The notes: generated by a model from the sequence alone, not told the origin. A DNA stretch of 64,000 bases from an uncultured Verrucomicrobiae bacterium (GCA_963801815.1 CAWDGJ010000009.1:1-64000), one strand, 5' to 3'; shown: positions 1-10,970, numbered from the stretch's first letter. Numbers and translations: made by a program.

Positions 1-5
1 ATCTC

Positions 6-1538
6 GTGGAAGATCGGGGAGTGAGCGCAAATGTCATCTTTTACAATCGCTTCGTAACACTCCAGGAACTCACCGACTTTATCGGTGCGGCTGACATTTA
101 TATCACACCGTATCTCAACCAAGCGCAGATCACTTCCGGCACACTGGCTTATGCCTTCGGCGCAGGTAAGGCGGTGATTTCCACACCTTATCTTTACGCG
201 CAGGAGTTACTCGCGCAGGAGCGTGGTATCCTCGTGCCTTTTCGCGATAGCGCTGCGATTGCCCAAGGAGTAACTCAATTTCTAGCCGATCCCGCGATGA
301 TGGCTGGCATGCGAAAACGTGCCTGGAAACTGGGGCGCGAAATGATCTGGCCCGTGGTAGCTCGCCGTTACGTGGAAAGCTTTGAGCATGCGCGCACCCG
401 CTCAACTGGTTCGCCGCGCAAAGCCTTTGCGATTCTAACTCTGGAAAATCGTCCTTATGAACTTCCGCCGCTAAAACTCGATCATCTTTTCCGGATGACC
501 GATGATACCGGTATTTTCCAGCACGCCATTTTTAACGTGCCGAATTACCGCGAAGGCTATTGCACGGACGACAATGCCCGCGCGTTCATTCTTACCTTAC
601 TGCTTCCGGAGATGACCAGCCGCGTCGCGCAAGAGGACGTGGACCGCCTGGCCAGCACGTATCTCTCGTTCTTATGGGATGCGTTCGATCAGGAAGCGAA
701 CCGCTTTCGCAATTTCATGAGTCACCGCCGGGAATGGTTAGAACGCTTCGGTTCGGAGGATAGTCATGCACGCGCTCTGTGGGCGATTGGCATGGCGCTT
801 GGTCGGTCGAAGAATGACGGGCATCGCAATCTCTGTGCGCTTTTGTTTCAACGCGGCTTGCCTGTCGTTGAGGAATTCACTTCTCCCAGAGCGTGGGCCT
901 TTGCCCTCCTCGCCATGCAGGAATATCTGCGCAGCTTTTCCGGCGACCGGACGGTTAATCAGTTACGCGACGTACTAACGACCCAACTGATGGATTTGTT
1001 TCAGGCTAACAGCTCGAAAGAATGGCAATGGTTCGAGCCCGTCGTGACCTACGATAACGCAAAGCTTTCGCATGCCATGATTCTAAGTGGTCATTGGACT
1101 TCGCGTGGTGACGTCTTTCAGGCAGGGTTGCAATCGCTCCGTTGGCTGGTTGAAACTCAAAAGGGGGATGCCGGACGTTTCGCGCCAATCGGCTGCAATG
1201 GTTTCTGGAAGCGCGGCGGCGAACGCGCGCGGTTCGATCAACAGCCGCTCGAAGCTTATGCAATGATATCGGCCTGTCTCGAGGCTTTTGCTCTTACCCA
1301 TGACGAATACTGGAAACGGGCGGCACGACGTTGTTTCGAGTGGTTCCTCGGCCGCAATGATCTTGGTGAGTCGCTCTACGATTCCAGCACGGGAGGATGT
1401 CGTGATGCCTTGCATCAGGACCGGGTGAGCCAAAACCAGGGAGCGGAATCAAGTCTCGCATTCTACTTATCGCTTGCGGAGATGACGCAGGCGGCAGCTG
1501 CGCGGGACTCAAAGATCCTGAGTCATAAAATTGGATGA
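6..1538 (+). CDS. GT4-family glycosyltransferase with C-terminal glycosidase-like domain, 5' truncated by the window
   Basis: ADIYITPY...TSGTLAYAFGAGKAVISTPY GT4 motif followed by GYCTDDNARA and FDQQPLEA; overlaps the next gene by ATGA. Confidence 0.8.
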   Translation: MEDRGVSANVIFYNRFVTLQELTDFIGAADIYITPYLNQAQITSGTLAYAFGAGKAVISTPYLYAQELLAQERGILVPFRDSAAIAQGVTQFLADPAMMAGMRKRAWKLGREMIWPVVARRYVESFEHARTRSTGSPRKAFAILTLENRPYELPPLKLDHLFRMTDDTGIFQHAIFNVPNYREGYCTDDNARAFILTLLLPEMTSRVAQEDVDRLASTYLSFLWDAFDQEANRFRNFMSHRREWLERFGSEDSHARALWAIGMALGRSKNDGHRNLCALLFQRGLPVVEEFTSPRAWAFALLAMQEYLRSFSGDRTVNQLRDVLTTQLMDLFQANSSKEWQWFEPVVTYDNAKLSHAMILSGHWTSRGDVFQAGLQSLRWLVETQKGDAGRFAPIGCNGFWKRGGERARFDQQPLEAYAMISACLEAFALTHDEYWKRAARRCFEWFLGRNDLGESLYDSSTGGCRDALHQDRVSQNQGAESSLAFYLSLAEMTQAAAARDSKILSHKIG

Positions 1539-2983
1539 AACTTCATCCGACGGGCGTCCTTCTGCGGCCGGATAACAGGCGCGTAGTAGTGCGCCCCTTT
1601 ATCTCAATCGATCCCACACGGGTAGAACATGTCATCGCCCGCGCTCTTACGCTTAGCGAGTCGGAAACCGACAAACAGCTCGCGTTAGTTCGAGCGGATT
1701 TTGGCGATAGACATATCGATCTGGATAAAAGTTGGCTGCGGTATTTTGAAAAAGTGCGAGGGCACATCCCGGAGAGTGAAACGATTTCCGAAACACGCCG
1801 GTTATTTATCGGCGCGCTTTTCTCGGGTGAGTATGCACTCGAATCGGCCGCCTTGTTCAACCCCTCGATTGTTCCGCATCCCAATCAGACTGGTTTAGGC
1901 GAGAGCGAACTTCGTTTTATCTTGAGCCTGCGCTCAACCGGGGAAGGACATATCTCGTCGATCCAGTTTCGAACAGGAGTTATCCATCGTGATCACTCAG
2001 TTCAAATCGAGAAGACGACGCCTTTTGTAACCCTGCCCGAGCTTAGGTCCAATCCGACCTACCATAAGCGCGCCTTCCTGGCCAAACTGAGTGAGATGGG
2101 GCTTGAGAATGATTGGGCCGCCTCGGTGTTGGGACGACTAGGAAAGACCTTTCTCTTTGATGAACTGGACAGGTCAATTCAACAAGCAGCGCACGACGAA
2201 GCTTTCTCTCACACGCGCGACGTGCAGCGAACTTTGGAATGCATGCACTGGCTGGCGGAATCCAACTACGAAATTCATTTCAATCCTGCCTCAGAACTAT
2301 CGGAACGCGTTATCTTTCCGGTTACACCTAACGAAAGCAATGGCATTGAGGATGCCCGATTCGTTCGTTTTATAGAAGATGATGGGAGCGTTATCTATTA
2401 CGCGACCTACACCGCCTTCAATGGCCGAGTAATTCTACCCCAGCTGATCGAGACCGCGGACTTCCTTAGCTTTCGTGTCCTAACCCTTAATGGGCGGGCG
2501 GTGCAAAACAAAGGCATGGCTCTCTTTCCCCGCAGGATCGATGGACGCTACGCCATGCTTTCCCGACAAGACGATGAGAACCTTTTCCTGATCTTCTCCG
2601 ACAATCCGCACTTTTGGAGCGATCCGCAGCTGCTACAAGAACCTCACGAACCCTGGGAGTTCGTAAAGCTGGGCAACTGTGGTTCGCCAATTGAAACCGA
2701 AGCTGGCTGGCTGGTTCTTACTCATGGCGTCGGTCCGATGCGTAAGTATTGCATCGGAGCCACTTTGCTCGACTTACACGATCCTACAAAAATTATCGGA
2801 CGGCTCAAAGAGCCGCTGTTAGGACCGGACGGCAATCAAAGGGAAGGCTACGTGCCAAACGTTGTTTATTCCTGCGGCTCCCTCGTGCACAACGGGCAAC
2901 TGATCCTGCCTTATGGCATCAGCGATACAGATTCCAGCATTGTCAGAATCGAGCTAAACGAGCTTTTGGCTGGCCTTATCTAA
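1535..2983 (+). CDS. GH130-like glycosidase/phosphorylase
   Basis: ALFNPS, GIEDARF, NKGMALFPR, GWLVLTHGV and GYVPNVVYSCG motifs. Confidence 0.8.
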   Translation: MKLHPTGVLLRPDNRRVVVRPFISIDPTRVEHVIARALTLSESETDKQLALVRADFGDRHIDLDKSWLRYFEKVRGHIPESETISETRRLFIGALFSGEYALESAALFNPSIVPHPNQTGLGESELRFILSLRSTGEGHISSIQFRTGVIHRDHSVQIEKTTPFVTLPELRSNPTYHKRAFLAKLSEMGLENDWAASVLGRLGKTFLFDELDRSIQQAAHDEAFSHTRDVQRTLECMHWLAESNYEIHFNPASELSERVIFPVTPNESNGIEDARFVRFIEDDGSVIYYATYTAFNGRVILPQLIETADFLSFRVLTLNGRAVQNKGMALFPRRIDGRYAMLSRQDDENLFLIFSDNPHFWSDPQLLQEPHEPWEFVKLGNCGSPIETEAGWLVLTHGVGPMRKYCIGATLLDLHDPTKIIGRLKEPLLGPDGNQREGYVPNVVYSCGSLVHNGQLILPYGISDTDSSIVRIELNELLAGLI

Positions 2984-3198
2984 GAAGAAACAGCGCCTCC
3001 CAACACAACACCGCATCTTACCAATCGATTTGCTTCCGCAATCGGCAGCCGTGTCGAGATCTCCGGAGCGGGTAGAATATAGGCGATTGGCTTTTGGGGT
3101 GTATATTGACTGGCTAAGTTTGCAGCGTCAATCGACCGCGGGTGCGGCCCTTCCCTCTGCACCAACTCAAAGCCCCGTGCCAAAATGGACTCTTAGAT

Positions 3199-3351
3199 AT
3201 GCCAAAAAACAAACATAAACACGACTTCCGTAAGAGCGGCTCGATTCCAAAACGCGATTGGCTGCGCTCGGGAGGGACTTCTGCGAAACAACGCAAAGAA
3301 CTAGCTCACAATGCCCCTGTTCGACGGGCCTCGAGCAAATTTCGCGAATAA
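3199..3351 (+). CDS. Small basic hypothetical protein (MPKNKHKHDFRKSG...)
   Basis: 50-aa Lys/Arg-rich ORF in an intergenic gap; no family recognised. Confidence 0.3.
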   Translation: MPKNKHKHDFRKSGSIPKRDWLRSGGTSAKQRKELAHNAPVRRASSKFRE

Positions 3352-3573
3352 ATCGCGCCGATGAAATATGTTGATTCAACACCCGCACAAGACAGCGCGA
3401 TTTATTTTAAAGCGACATAAACGGTCAAAATGTCGAACGGCACTTTTCCGGAAACTTCGCGCTTCATCTACAAATCAGACGCGCGATGTTAGGCAGCAGA
3501 CGTTCGTCACCGGATACTTCTCGCAAGGCCTTCCGTCAGGACAACTGTCGTTGACAGGGTTCGCCCTCTAATT

Positions 3574-4524
3574 ATGTGCGCGGCTAGACGTGCTACTTCG
3601 CAAGGTATAACGAGCAAACGAAGTGCATCCCGATCCTCTGATCAGGAAGTGATGCTACATCTTTCGCGCTCGCAGATTTTTAAGGATTACGAACGGGCAT
3701 TCAGCGAAGCCATGGGATTGCCGCTTAATATCCGAGGACAGGAATCTTGGTCGCCGGCACACCATGGAAAAGCGGATCGCGATTCACTTGCGTCTATTCT
3801 GGCTCGTTTCAACAAGGCCCGCGCCGCCTGTTTGAAAGCGCAAACCGACGCCTCTCGAGAACCGGGCTCGAGAACGCGCACCGTTACCTGGTTTGCGGGA
3901 CTCTCCGAAAGTGCAGTGCCGGTGTATGTAGGTGATCACATTCTTGGTTTTCTCGAGACGGGCGAAGTAATGCTCAAGAACCCGACCAAGAAACACTTCG
4001 CGACTATTACCCGGCAGCTCCGCGCGTGGGGTTACAAAACGGATTGGAGGCAACTTGAGCGAGCTTATTTTCGGACGTGCGTTTTATCGCCGGACCGATA
4101 TCGCGCGATGTTGCGGCTCCTCAGTATTTTTGCGCAACACCTTTCGATCCTGTCGAATCAACTGGTGGTGCGGCGTGAAAAGGACGAGTCCACCAACATG
4201 GCCCGAGCGCGGCAATTTATCGAGAAGCATCAGGCGGAGCCGCTGTCACTCGGGCGGGTAGCTCACGCGGCCAACATCAGCAGGCATTATTTTTGCAAGA
4301 TGTTCAAGAAAGCGACCGGGATGAATTTCATCGATTATCTCTCCAGAGTTCGCGTGGAGAAATCGAAAGCGCTCTTGCTCAATCCCAATTCGCGGATTAG
4401 CGAAGCGGCCTTCGCCTGCGGATTTCAATCAATGACCAACTTCAATCGCACGTTTAAGCGAATCGTCGGTAGCTCTCCTACGCAATTTCGCCAATCGCTT
4501 CCGAAGCTGCGACGCTCGGCATAG
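3574..4524 (+). CDS. AraC-family regulator with PocR-like sensor domain
   Basis: C-terminal double HTH (YFCKMFKKATG...ISEAAFACGFQSMTNFNRTFK); N-terminal FAGLSESAVPV. Confidence 0.85.
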   Translation: MCAARRATSQGITSKRSASRSSDQEVMLHLSRSQIFKDYERAFSEAMGLPLNIRGQESWSPAHHGKADRDSLASILARFNKARAACLKAQTDASREPGSRTRTVTWFAGLSESAVPVYVGDHILGFLETGEVMLKNPTKKHFATITRQLRAWGYKTDWRQLERAYFRTCVLSPDRYRAMLRLLSIFAQHLSILSNQLVVRREKDESTNMARARQFIEKHQAEPLSLGRVAHAANISRHYFCKMFKKATGMNFIDYLSRVRVEKSKALLLNPNSRISEAAFACGFQSMTNFNRTFKRIVGSSPTQFRQSLPKLRRSA

Positions 4525-4898
4525 CGCTGTTTGTCGGGATCTTGCCATCCATTCAATCGTAAGCCGCTTACAATGAATGCGAGTCAAGCGCGCAGGCGAA
4601 TTTTACGGCACAATGCACTGCAAATTGCCGGTGGCCGACCTGTTTTTTCCTAAAGCGGGCTTCGTACAGATTCTATCTTCGGGCAAGTCCGAGATGCCAC
4701 CGTGCAAGTCTGGACAGTTGAAGAAGGATTTGGGATTCGAAGCGAGTTCTCTCAGACATGCTGCGCGGCTAATAATTTTCGAAATCATGAGGTCCTTCTT
4801 CCTTTGGTTCAAAAACGGAGGCGACTAAGTTAGGCTGCTTACACTGGTGAGGCGAAACGCACGGAACCTTCCGCACGCTCGCCGTCAGTGTTTAGCCC

Positions 4899-5357
4899 TT
4901 ACGCGACTTTAACTTCGAGAGCCTTTGATCTGGCTTTCGTCGTGGTCGGGAGGTGAACTTTCAGCACTCCGTCGCGGAATTCTGCCGTCACTTTCGTACT
5001 ATCGGCATCTTCAGGCAGTGTGAAGCTGCGTCGGAAATTGCCAACGGACCGCTCGATGCGATGGAATTTTCGTTTGTGATCTTCCTTCTCGGTTTTGCGT
5101 TCTCCGAAAACGCAGAGGACGCCGTCTTCGACTGTCACTCTCACGTCATCCTTCTTCATCTCGGGCAGATCAGCTTTAAGGAGATATCCGCGATCGTCTT
5201 CGCTAATATCAACCTCCGGCGACCAATCTGCGACTGTCAGGCTGTGGACTTCCCCACTGCCCATTCTGTTCGGAAATCCGCCCAGGAAACGATTGAAGCG
5301 ATTTTGCGTCGCTTCTTCCATATCTCTAAGCTGATTCCATGTTATTAATGTGTTCAT
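4899..5357 (-). CDS. Hsp20/alpha-crystallin small heat-shock protein
   Basis: PEVDISE, ADLPEM, FRRSFTLP and AEFRDGVLKVHLP. Confidence 0.92.
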   Translation of the reverse strand: MNTLITWNQLRDMEEATQNRFNRFLGGFPNRMGSGEVHSLTVADWSPEVDISEDDRGYLLKADLPEMKKDDVRVTVEDGVLCVFGERKTEKEDHKRKFHRIERSVGNFRRSFTLPEDADSTKVTAEFRDGVLKVHLPTTTKARSKALEVKVA

Positions 5358-5591
5358 TTATCTTACCTTTCTAGATTGAGTTAAAGCCATCTCGCGGCAT
5401 CGCGCGCACCGCTTATTGCCAGAGTCGACCCTAATCTTGCGTACGCTGAGAAAATGCGTAATCCGCGACGGGCAGATCCCTCAGAACTTGGCGTCCCTGA
5501 AGAGCGAGCGGAGTGGGTGAAGATCGCACCCGAGGCCCAAAAATTCGCCTACGCGCTTGACTCGCATGCATTGTAAGCGGCTTACGATTGA

Positions 5592-6620
5592 ATGGAATCC
5601 AGTGAGGATACCTTGGGCGACCCTCCCGATTGCATTTGGGTCAATTACTACGACGGTGACATAATCATGAACGAGGCATTAGATCGCACCGATTTTATAT
5701 TGGCAGGCAAATCACGGCCCGCCGCAAAGCGGTCTGTGTTGGGTTTGCCCTTCGAACGTATCAACTGGCTAACGAGCTCGTTCCTAATCGGAACGCTGTT
5801 GATAGCGTTAACTGCTGTCCCGCTCTACCTCTGGTATGTCGGGCTCGATTGGTTTCAGGTCGCGCTGTTCTTTGGGATGCTTGCCGCTTGTGGCTTTAGT
5901 GTCACGTTGGGCTATCATCGGCTTTTTTCGCACATTACTTTCCAAGCCAGCTGGCCAATCCGGCTGTTCACCCTGATTTTTGGAGCCGCCGCGTTTGAAA
6001 ACTCGGTCTTAATGTGGGCGAGCGAGCATCGCCGCCACCACAAACATGTCGATCACGACGATGACCCGTACTGCATTTCAAAAGGCTTCTTTTATGCACA
6101 CATTGGCTGGCTGCTGTTTAAACTGAACAACGATCAGCCCTACGACAACGTGGCGGATCTTCAGAAAGACAAACTTGTTTGCTGGCAAGATCGGCATGTG
6201 CAATGGATCGCGGTCCTGGTCAGCTTCGGCATCCCCACCATCTTGGGCTTCCTGTGGAATGGCTGGCACGGAGCGCTTGGGGCTTTCCTGATCGCTGGAG
6301 TTGCGCGAATCGTCGTGCTGCAACACTGCACGTTTCTAATTAACAGCGCATGTCACACCATCGGCCGGCAGCCATATTCTACGAAATGTAGCGCGCGTGA
6401 TTCGCTCCTGCTTGCTCTTTTCACGATGGGTGAAGGCTATCATAACTATCACCATGAGTTTCAACATGACTACCGCAATGGCGTGAAGTCATGGCAGTTC
6501 GATCCGACCAAATGGATCATCTGGACGCTTTCGAAATTAAAGCTCGTTAAGAATCTGCGTCGTGTCCCGGCAGATAGGATTGAGTTTGCGCAAGCGCAAA
6601 CCAGAAACGCGAGTTGCTGA
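5592..6620 (+). CDS. Delta-9-type acyl-CoA/lipid desaturase (true start may be 5668)
   Basis: Three His boxes: GYHRLFSH, EHRRHH, GYHNYHH. Confidence 0.9.
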   Translation: MESSEDTLGDPPDCIWVNYYDGDIIMNEALDRTDFILAGKSRPAAKRSVLGLPFERINWLTSSFLIGTLLIALTAVPLYLWYVGLDWFQVALFFGMLAACGFSVTLGYHRLFSHITFQASWPIRLFTLIFGAAAFENSVLMWASEHRRHHKHVDHDDDPYCISKGFFYAHIGWLLFKLNNDQPYDNVADLQKDKLVCWQDRHVQWIAVLVSFGIPTILGFLWNGWHGALGAFLIAGVARIVVLQHCTFLINSACHTIGRQPYSTKCSARDSLLLALFTMGEGYHNYHHEFQHDYRNGVKSWQFDPTKWIIWTLSKLKLVKNLRRVPADRIEFAQAQTRNASC

Positions 6621-6704
6621 TATGCAGCCTTCGCTGATTGCCCGACAAACGATCGCTTCGGGACATAGCCGTTCAAATCCACTTTCCTTGCAATCGACTA
6701 CGGT

Positions 6705-7136
6705 TCAGTCGGCCCGGAGCCCAGATCCAGGTGCAACAACTCGGAGCATCATGAATTCGGAATGCGCATTCGACCACGCATCCGCTTCTCGTTTCGTTTC
6801 GAAAAATCGGTCGACCACGATGGCTTTAAGTTGGCTTGCCGTGCGTCCACATAGACGAGCGGCTTTGCGACTAATGACCGCCGTTCCAGTATCGACTGCG
6901 GTGCAGACTGCATCTGGAAAAACGACTTTGCTGCCGTACGGAATTCGTTTCGGATCGACAGCGCAATGCCCGGCGCGCAAACGTAGTCCGGTACTGGCGA
7001 ATTTAGAGCCTTCACTTGCCCAATAACTGGTCACGCGGGCAAGAACTGACTCCTGACGCGCAAAAGCAGGCGCTGCGAGCAATAACAAAAATATGACTGT
7101 GTAAAATAGTTTCATGGTGTTCAAACGTTGCTCCAA
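6705..7136 (-). CDS. Secreted 3D-domain protein
   Basis: Signal peptide plus CAVDPKRIPYGS...AVDTGTA. Confidence 0.75.
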   Translation of the reverse strand: MEQRLNTMKLFYTVIFLLLLAAPAFARQESVLARVTSYWASEGSKFASTGLRLRAGHCAVDPKRIPYGSKVVFPDAVCTAVDTGTAVISRKAARLCGRTASQLKAIVVDRFFETKREADAWSNAHSEFMMLRVVAPGSGLRAD

Positions 7137-7573
7137 TGTTGTCGAGTCTTCGGGTAGAGCAGGTTGTTCGCGATACCGAAAGCCGCAGAAATGCAGCTTT
7201 TACTTCAGTTCGGAACAGCCCCGGCGCGCTATCTCTTGGGGACTCGCGGACTTCTGACCATCATTCGCCTTGGCGAACGGGCCCTCTCTATAGACCGGTT
7301 GGGCGACTTGTCAACCGATCACATTATCGGCAGCGGGATATAACGCGCGGCAAGTCTATTGAATTGAGCCAGCCTGGCGAATTTTAGAGCCAAGCTAACA
7401 ATTCAGCGCCTGGCGGATCGAGACAGTGCTCGTCGCCAGGCGTTCTGTTTTCGCCGGCCTCAACCTGGAAGCCCTGGCACTGCCGTTTGGCCTTCGGCGG
7501 GCACCCAGAAAGGCATAGAAAAGCCGGCTTGCCTGGTTTGACTATATTCCCGAACGCGCATATAGATTCGATC

Positions 7574-8026
7574 ATGAAATTAAATACCTTGAGAGAAACC
7601 CTGCGTGAACATCCTGGGACTTTCCCCCGGTTTGTTCTTCCCAATGGCGATTTTGTCCCGCGCCATGCCCATCTGACCGAAGTCGGCCACGTGGTAAAAC
7701 GGTTTGTCGACTGCGGCGGTGCCACTAGTGAGGAAGAAAAGGTGTTGCTGCAGACACATGTCGGCAATGATACAGAACACAGGCTTCGTTCCGATCGATT
7801 TGCAAATATTCTTGAACTCGGTGGAAGAGTTTTGCCGAATGATCAACTCGATGTGGAAGTCGAGTACGATTGCTGTGTTGTCGCTCAATACCCAATTTCA
7901 GAAGTAAGACCAGAAGGCGAGCATCTCGATATTATTTTGCGGCGCGGCCGGACACGATGTCGCGCTCGTGAGCGCCGAGAAACTACAAATGAGGCATGCT
8001 GCGGAGCGAGCGCAGCCTGTTGCTGA
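7574..8026 (+). CDS. DUF6428-like protein associated with ars operons
   Basis: VPRHAHLTEVG...FVDCGG motif and Cys-rich tail; first gene of the ars cluster. Confidence 0.7.
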   Translation: MKLNTLRETLREHPGTFPRFVLPNGDFVPRHAHLTEVGHVVKRFVDCGGATSEEEKVLLQTHVGNDTEHRLRSDRFANILELGGRVLPNDQLDVEVEYDCCVVAQYPISEVRPEGEHLDIILRRGRTRCRARERRETTNEACCGASAACC

Positions 8027-8406
8027 TGGCGAGCGATCTCATTCGAATTTACCAATGCTTTTGTGACAGGACGCGCCTTCGCATCCTGCATCTTTTGGCC
8101 GAGTCGCCACTCTGCGTTTGTCATTTCCAAGATATCCTTTCAGAGCCGCAGGTTAAGATTTCGAAGCACTTGGCTTATCTGCGTAAAAGGGGAATGGCTG
8201 TAGCAAGCCGCGATCAAAACTGGATGATCTATTCTCTGCCAAGGAAGAGAACGCGGGAATTGGAATTAAATCTGAAGTGCCTTCAAGACTGCGCACAATC
8301 AGACACTGTTTTTGCACGTGATTTGAAGAAACTCACTCAACTACGAAAAAGCTGTTGCGAACCGATGGCGGTATTCGCGAAAAATAAATCCATCGCGAAA
8401 TTATGA
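8026..8406 (+). CDS. arsR: ArsR-family repressor
   Basis: TRLRILHLL...LCVCHFQ...ISKHLAYLR; TGATG coupling to the upstream gene. Confidence 0.85.
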   Translation: MASDLIRIYQCFCDRTRLRILHLLAESPLCVCHFQDILSEPQVKISKHLAYLRKRGMAVASRDQNWMIYSLPRKRTRELELNLKCLQDCAQSDTVFARDLKKLTQLRKSCCEPMAVFAKNKSIAKL

Positions 8407-8852
8407 AAAAGAAGGCAGCAGTCCTGTTTGTCTGTGTTCATAACACTGCCCGCAGCCAAATGGCGGCGGCGCTCATGAACAAGACGTGCGGAAAATTCTT
8501 CGAGGCTGAAAGCGCCGGCCTCGAGCCGGGTCAACTGAATCCGCATGTTGTGAAAGTGCTGATGGACGCAGGCATCGATATTTCGAAGAACCAAACGCAA
8601 CGAGTTTTCGATCTCTGGAAGTCAGGCAGAAGGTTTCAGTATGTCATCACAGTTTGTAGCGAGGCGGAAGCAGAGGGTTGTCCCATATTCCCAGGCGTAA
8701 CCACTCGATTGCATTGGCCGTTCCCTGATCCGTCAAAATTTACCGGCACAGAAGCGGAGAAACTCGAACAAACGCGACGAGTCATGGACCAGATTGAAGC
8801 GAGGGTCGACAGTTTCTGCGAAGAGCATTGCACCGCGACAGCCGCGTCGTGA
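8403..8852 (+). CDS. arsC: LMW-PTP-type arsenate reductase
   Basis: VLFVCVHNTARSQMA P-loop, CPIFPG and HWPFPDP. Confidence 0.88.
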   Translation: MKKKAAVLFVCVHNTARSQMAAALMNKTCGKFFEAESAGLEPGQLNPHVVKVLMDAGIDISKNQTQRVFDLWKSGRRFQYVITVCSEAEAEGCPIFPGVTTRLHWPFPDPSKFTGTEAEKLEQTRRVMDQIEARVDSFCEEHCTATAAS

Positions 8853-9516
8853 AAAAACTCGCCGCTGAATTTATCGGGACCTTCGCCCTAGTTTTCGCGG
8901 GCACGGGCGCAATCGTGATTGACGAAGTCAGTGGTGGCGCGGTTACACATGTCGGCGTCGCGCTAACCTTTGGGCTGATGTCCTCGCGATGATTTACACG
9001 GTGGGCGATATATCCGGCGCGCACTTAAATCCTGCGGTTAGTCTGGGATTTTTCGCTGCGCGGCGATTCCCGCTTCGCAACGTGCTTGCATATGTGGCCA
9101 GTCAATGCGCCGGCGCGTTCGCTGCCAGCGGGACGTTACGGTTTCTCTTTCCACAAAACGCGATGCTCGGCACAACAACGCCGGCCGGTTCCATTACACA
9201 ATCGTTTGTTCTCGAATTGATTCTGACCGCAATTTTAATGTTTGCGATTCTCGGCGTCTCGACTGGCGCGGGAGAGAAAGGAATTACGGCGGGAATTGTG
9301 GTTGGCGCGGTCATCGGCTTGGAGGCGATGTTCGCCGGTCCGATTTGTGGTGCGTCGATGAATCCGGCCCGCTCGCTCGCGCCAGCTCTCGTTACCGGAC
9401 ACATCCAATATGTGTGGATCTATTTAGTCGCACCTGTGATAGGAGCTCTTGTCGGTGTGCTTGGTTGCCGTTGCGTGCGAGAAACCGGTTGCTGCCAGCA
9501 GGCAGCACAATCGTAA
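8849..9516 (+). CDS. MIP-family aquaporin (likely arsenite channel) with one frameshift near 8978
   Basis: GTG 8849 gives MKKLAAEFIGTFALVFAGTGA..., then a second frame has SGAHLNPAV and SMNPARS. Confidence 0.85.
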
Positions 9517-9557
9517 ATACCACAACAGTAGCTCATTAACGCTCCAGAGGTAGGATT
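9493..9557 (-). repeat. Junction 1: TGCCAGCA site plus 17-bp tRNA-Asn 3' fragment
   Basis: TGCCAGCA at 9493-9500 lies 40 bp before GCTCCAGAGGTAGGATT at 9541-9557, identical to 33841-33857. Confidence 0.85.
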
Positions 9558-9623
9558 GCGCCCCTCGCGCGATCCATTTTTGCGCGTCCCGCGCTCGGAG
9601 AATTACTTCCGCCATGCTGCGCA

Positions 9624-9763
9624 TGGCTCCAGAGGTAGGATTCGGCGCTGTCTTCCCCTGTTGTTAGGCCGAACTGAAGCAGATTACACCTGAGTGATCA
9701 AGCGGACTCGTAAACCACTCGCGCGGACTCTTTGACTGCCGTTTGCTGGCAATTCTGCTGGCA
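9624..9763 (-). repeat. Junction 2: tRNA-Asn 3' fragment with CCA plus conserved arm
   Basis: 19-bp core at 9626-9644; TGCTGGCA-ATTC-TGCTGGCA at 9744-9763. Confidence 0.92.
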
Positions 9764-9818
9764 GCAGATCAAGCCAGAACTCATTGCGAAAATCGCAATT
9801 TCTGCGTCGCTTGCTAGG

Positions 9819-10970
9819 ATGAAATCGGTGCGTGTGATCTGCCAAGAGCCGTTCCGGATTTTTTTCCCGGCGGGCACAGTGCTCGGAATAATTGGGGTGA
9901 CGCTGTGGCCAGTATATTATTTAGGCGGGGGAATCGCTTACCCGAATATCGCGCACGCGCGGCTGATGATCGAAGGACTCATGGGCTCGTTCATCTTCGG
10001 ATTTCTGGGTACGGCCGGCCCGCGATTGACTTCTACGGCCGGGTTCACGGCGCTGGAACTCGGCGCGATCTTTAGTCTCGATTTACTCGCAGCTGGGTTT
10101 CACATCGGCGCCGCCCACCGTGCGGGTGACTTTTGTTTTCTCATTTGCTTGCTCGTATTCGCAACGGCCATGGCCAAACGGTTCCGTCTACGCAAGGATG
10201 CGCTCCCGCCAAACTTCGTTTTGGTTGCGCTCGGAATCCTGAGCGGAATCATTGGTGCTGCCCTTGCTGCTGTTTGGGAGACGGCGCTGTATTCGAAAGC
10301 TTATCAATTTGGCAGCGCGCTTTTAAACGAATGTTTTGTGCTGCTTCCGGTCCTTGGCGTCGCGCCGTTTTTCATTCGTCGGTTACTCGATTTGCCCGCG
10401 CCTGATTCACCGGAGTCGCGAGTGCTCCCGACAGAATGGAAAGGGCGCGCGTTATTTGCGGGAATGATCGGCCTTGCGATCATCGCTTCATTTTGGATCG
10501 ACGTGCTCAATCAACCAAAGACCGGCGGCTGGCTTCGAGTTGGCGCGATTGCATTTTATATTTCCAGGCAGCTTCCGTTTAAGGGCCGCACATTTCTTGC
10601 AGACTGTTTGCGGATCGGACTCCTGTTAATCCTGACTGGCTTTGTGGTGATCGCTTTGGCGCCAATGTACCGCATTAACGGGCTGCACATCATTTTTATA
10701 ACCGGGTTCAATTTGATCGCGTTCACAGTTGCTATCCGCGTAGTTTTCGGTCACAGCGGGAATCTTCCACTGTTGCAGAAGCGTCTTTGGTTTTTTATGC
10801 TTACAACTGCGTTTCTTTTTCTGGCGATGATCTCGCGTTTCACGGCCGACCTGTCCTCAAAAGTGCGCGTCATGCACCTTGTCGGCGCGGCGATATGCTG
10901 GGCTGTCGGGACGCTGATTTGGCTTGCACGAGTGATTCCAAAGATAACAATGATCGAGCCAGAAACTTGA
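9819..10970 (+). CDS. nnrS: NnrS-family membrane protein
   Basis: EPFRIFFP, HARLMIEG...GFLGTAGP and RVVFGHSG motifs; multi-pass hydrophobic. Confidence 0.8.
   Translation: MKSVRVICQEPFRIFFPAGTVLGIIGVTLWPVYYLGGGIAYPNIAHARLMIEGLMGSFIFGFLGTAGPRLTSTAGFTALELGAIFSLDLLAAGFHIGAAHRAGDFCFLICLLVFATAMAKRFRLRKDALPPNFVLVALGILSGIIGAALAAVWETALYSKAYQFGSALLNECFVLLPVLGVAPFFIRRLLDLPAPDSPESRVLPTEWKGRALFAGMIGLAIIASFWIDVLNQPKTGGWLRVGAIAFYISRQLPFKGRTFLADCLRIGLLLILTGFVVIALAPMYRINGLHIIFITGFNLIAFTVAIRVVFGHSGNLPLLQKRLWFFMLTTAFLFLAMISRFTADLSSKVRVMHLVGAAICWAVGTLIWLARVIPKITMIEPET

Noticed and set aside
6180..6187. Lone TGCTGGCA
   Set aside because: Inside the desaturase coding sequence (CWQ) with no other junction element.
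7478..7489. CACTGCCGTTTG resembling the arm end upstream of the first ars operon
   Set aside because: Only 12 bp, with no TGCTGGCA pair and no tRNA core at the expected distance; the left boundary of this block is not visible.
9732..9818. NnrS N-terminal extension (CWQFCWQ) and ORFs 12771-12962, 15255-15536, 21728-21937
   Set aside because: Translations of the junction repeat, not genes.
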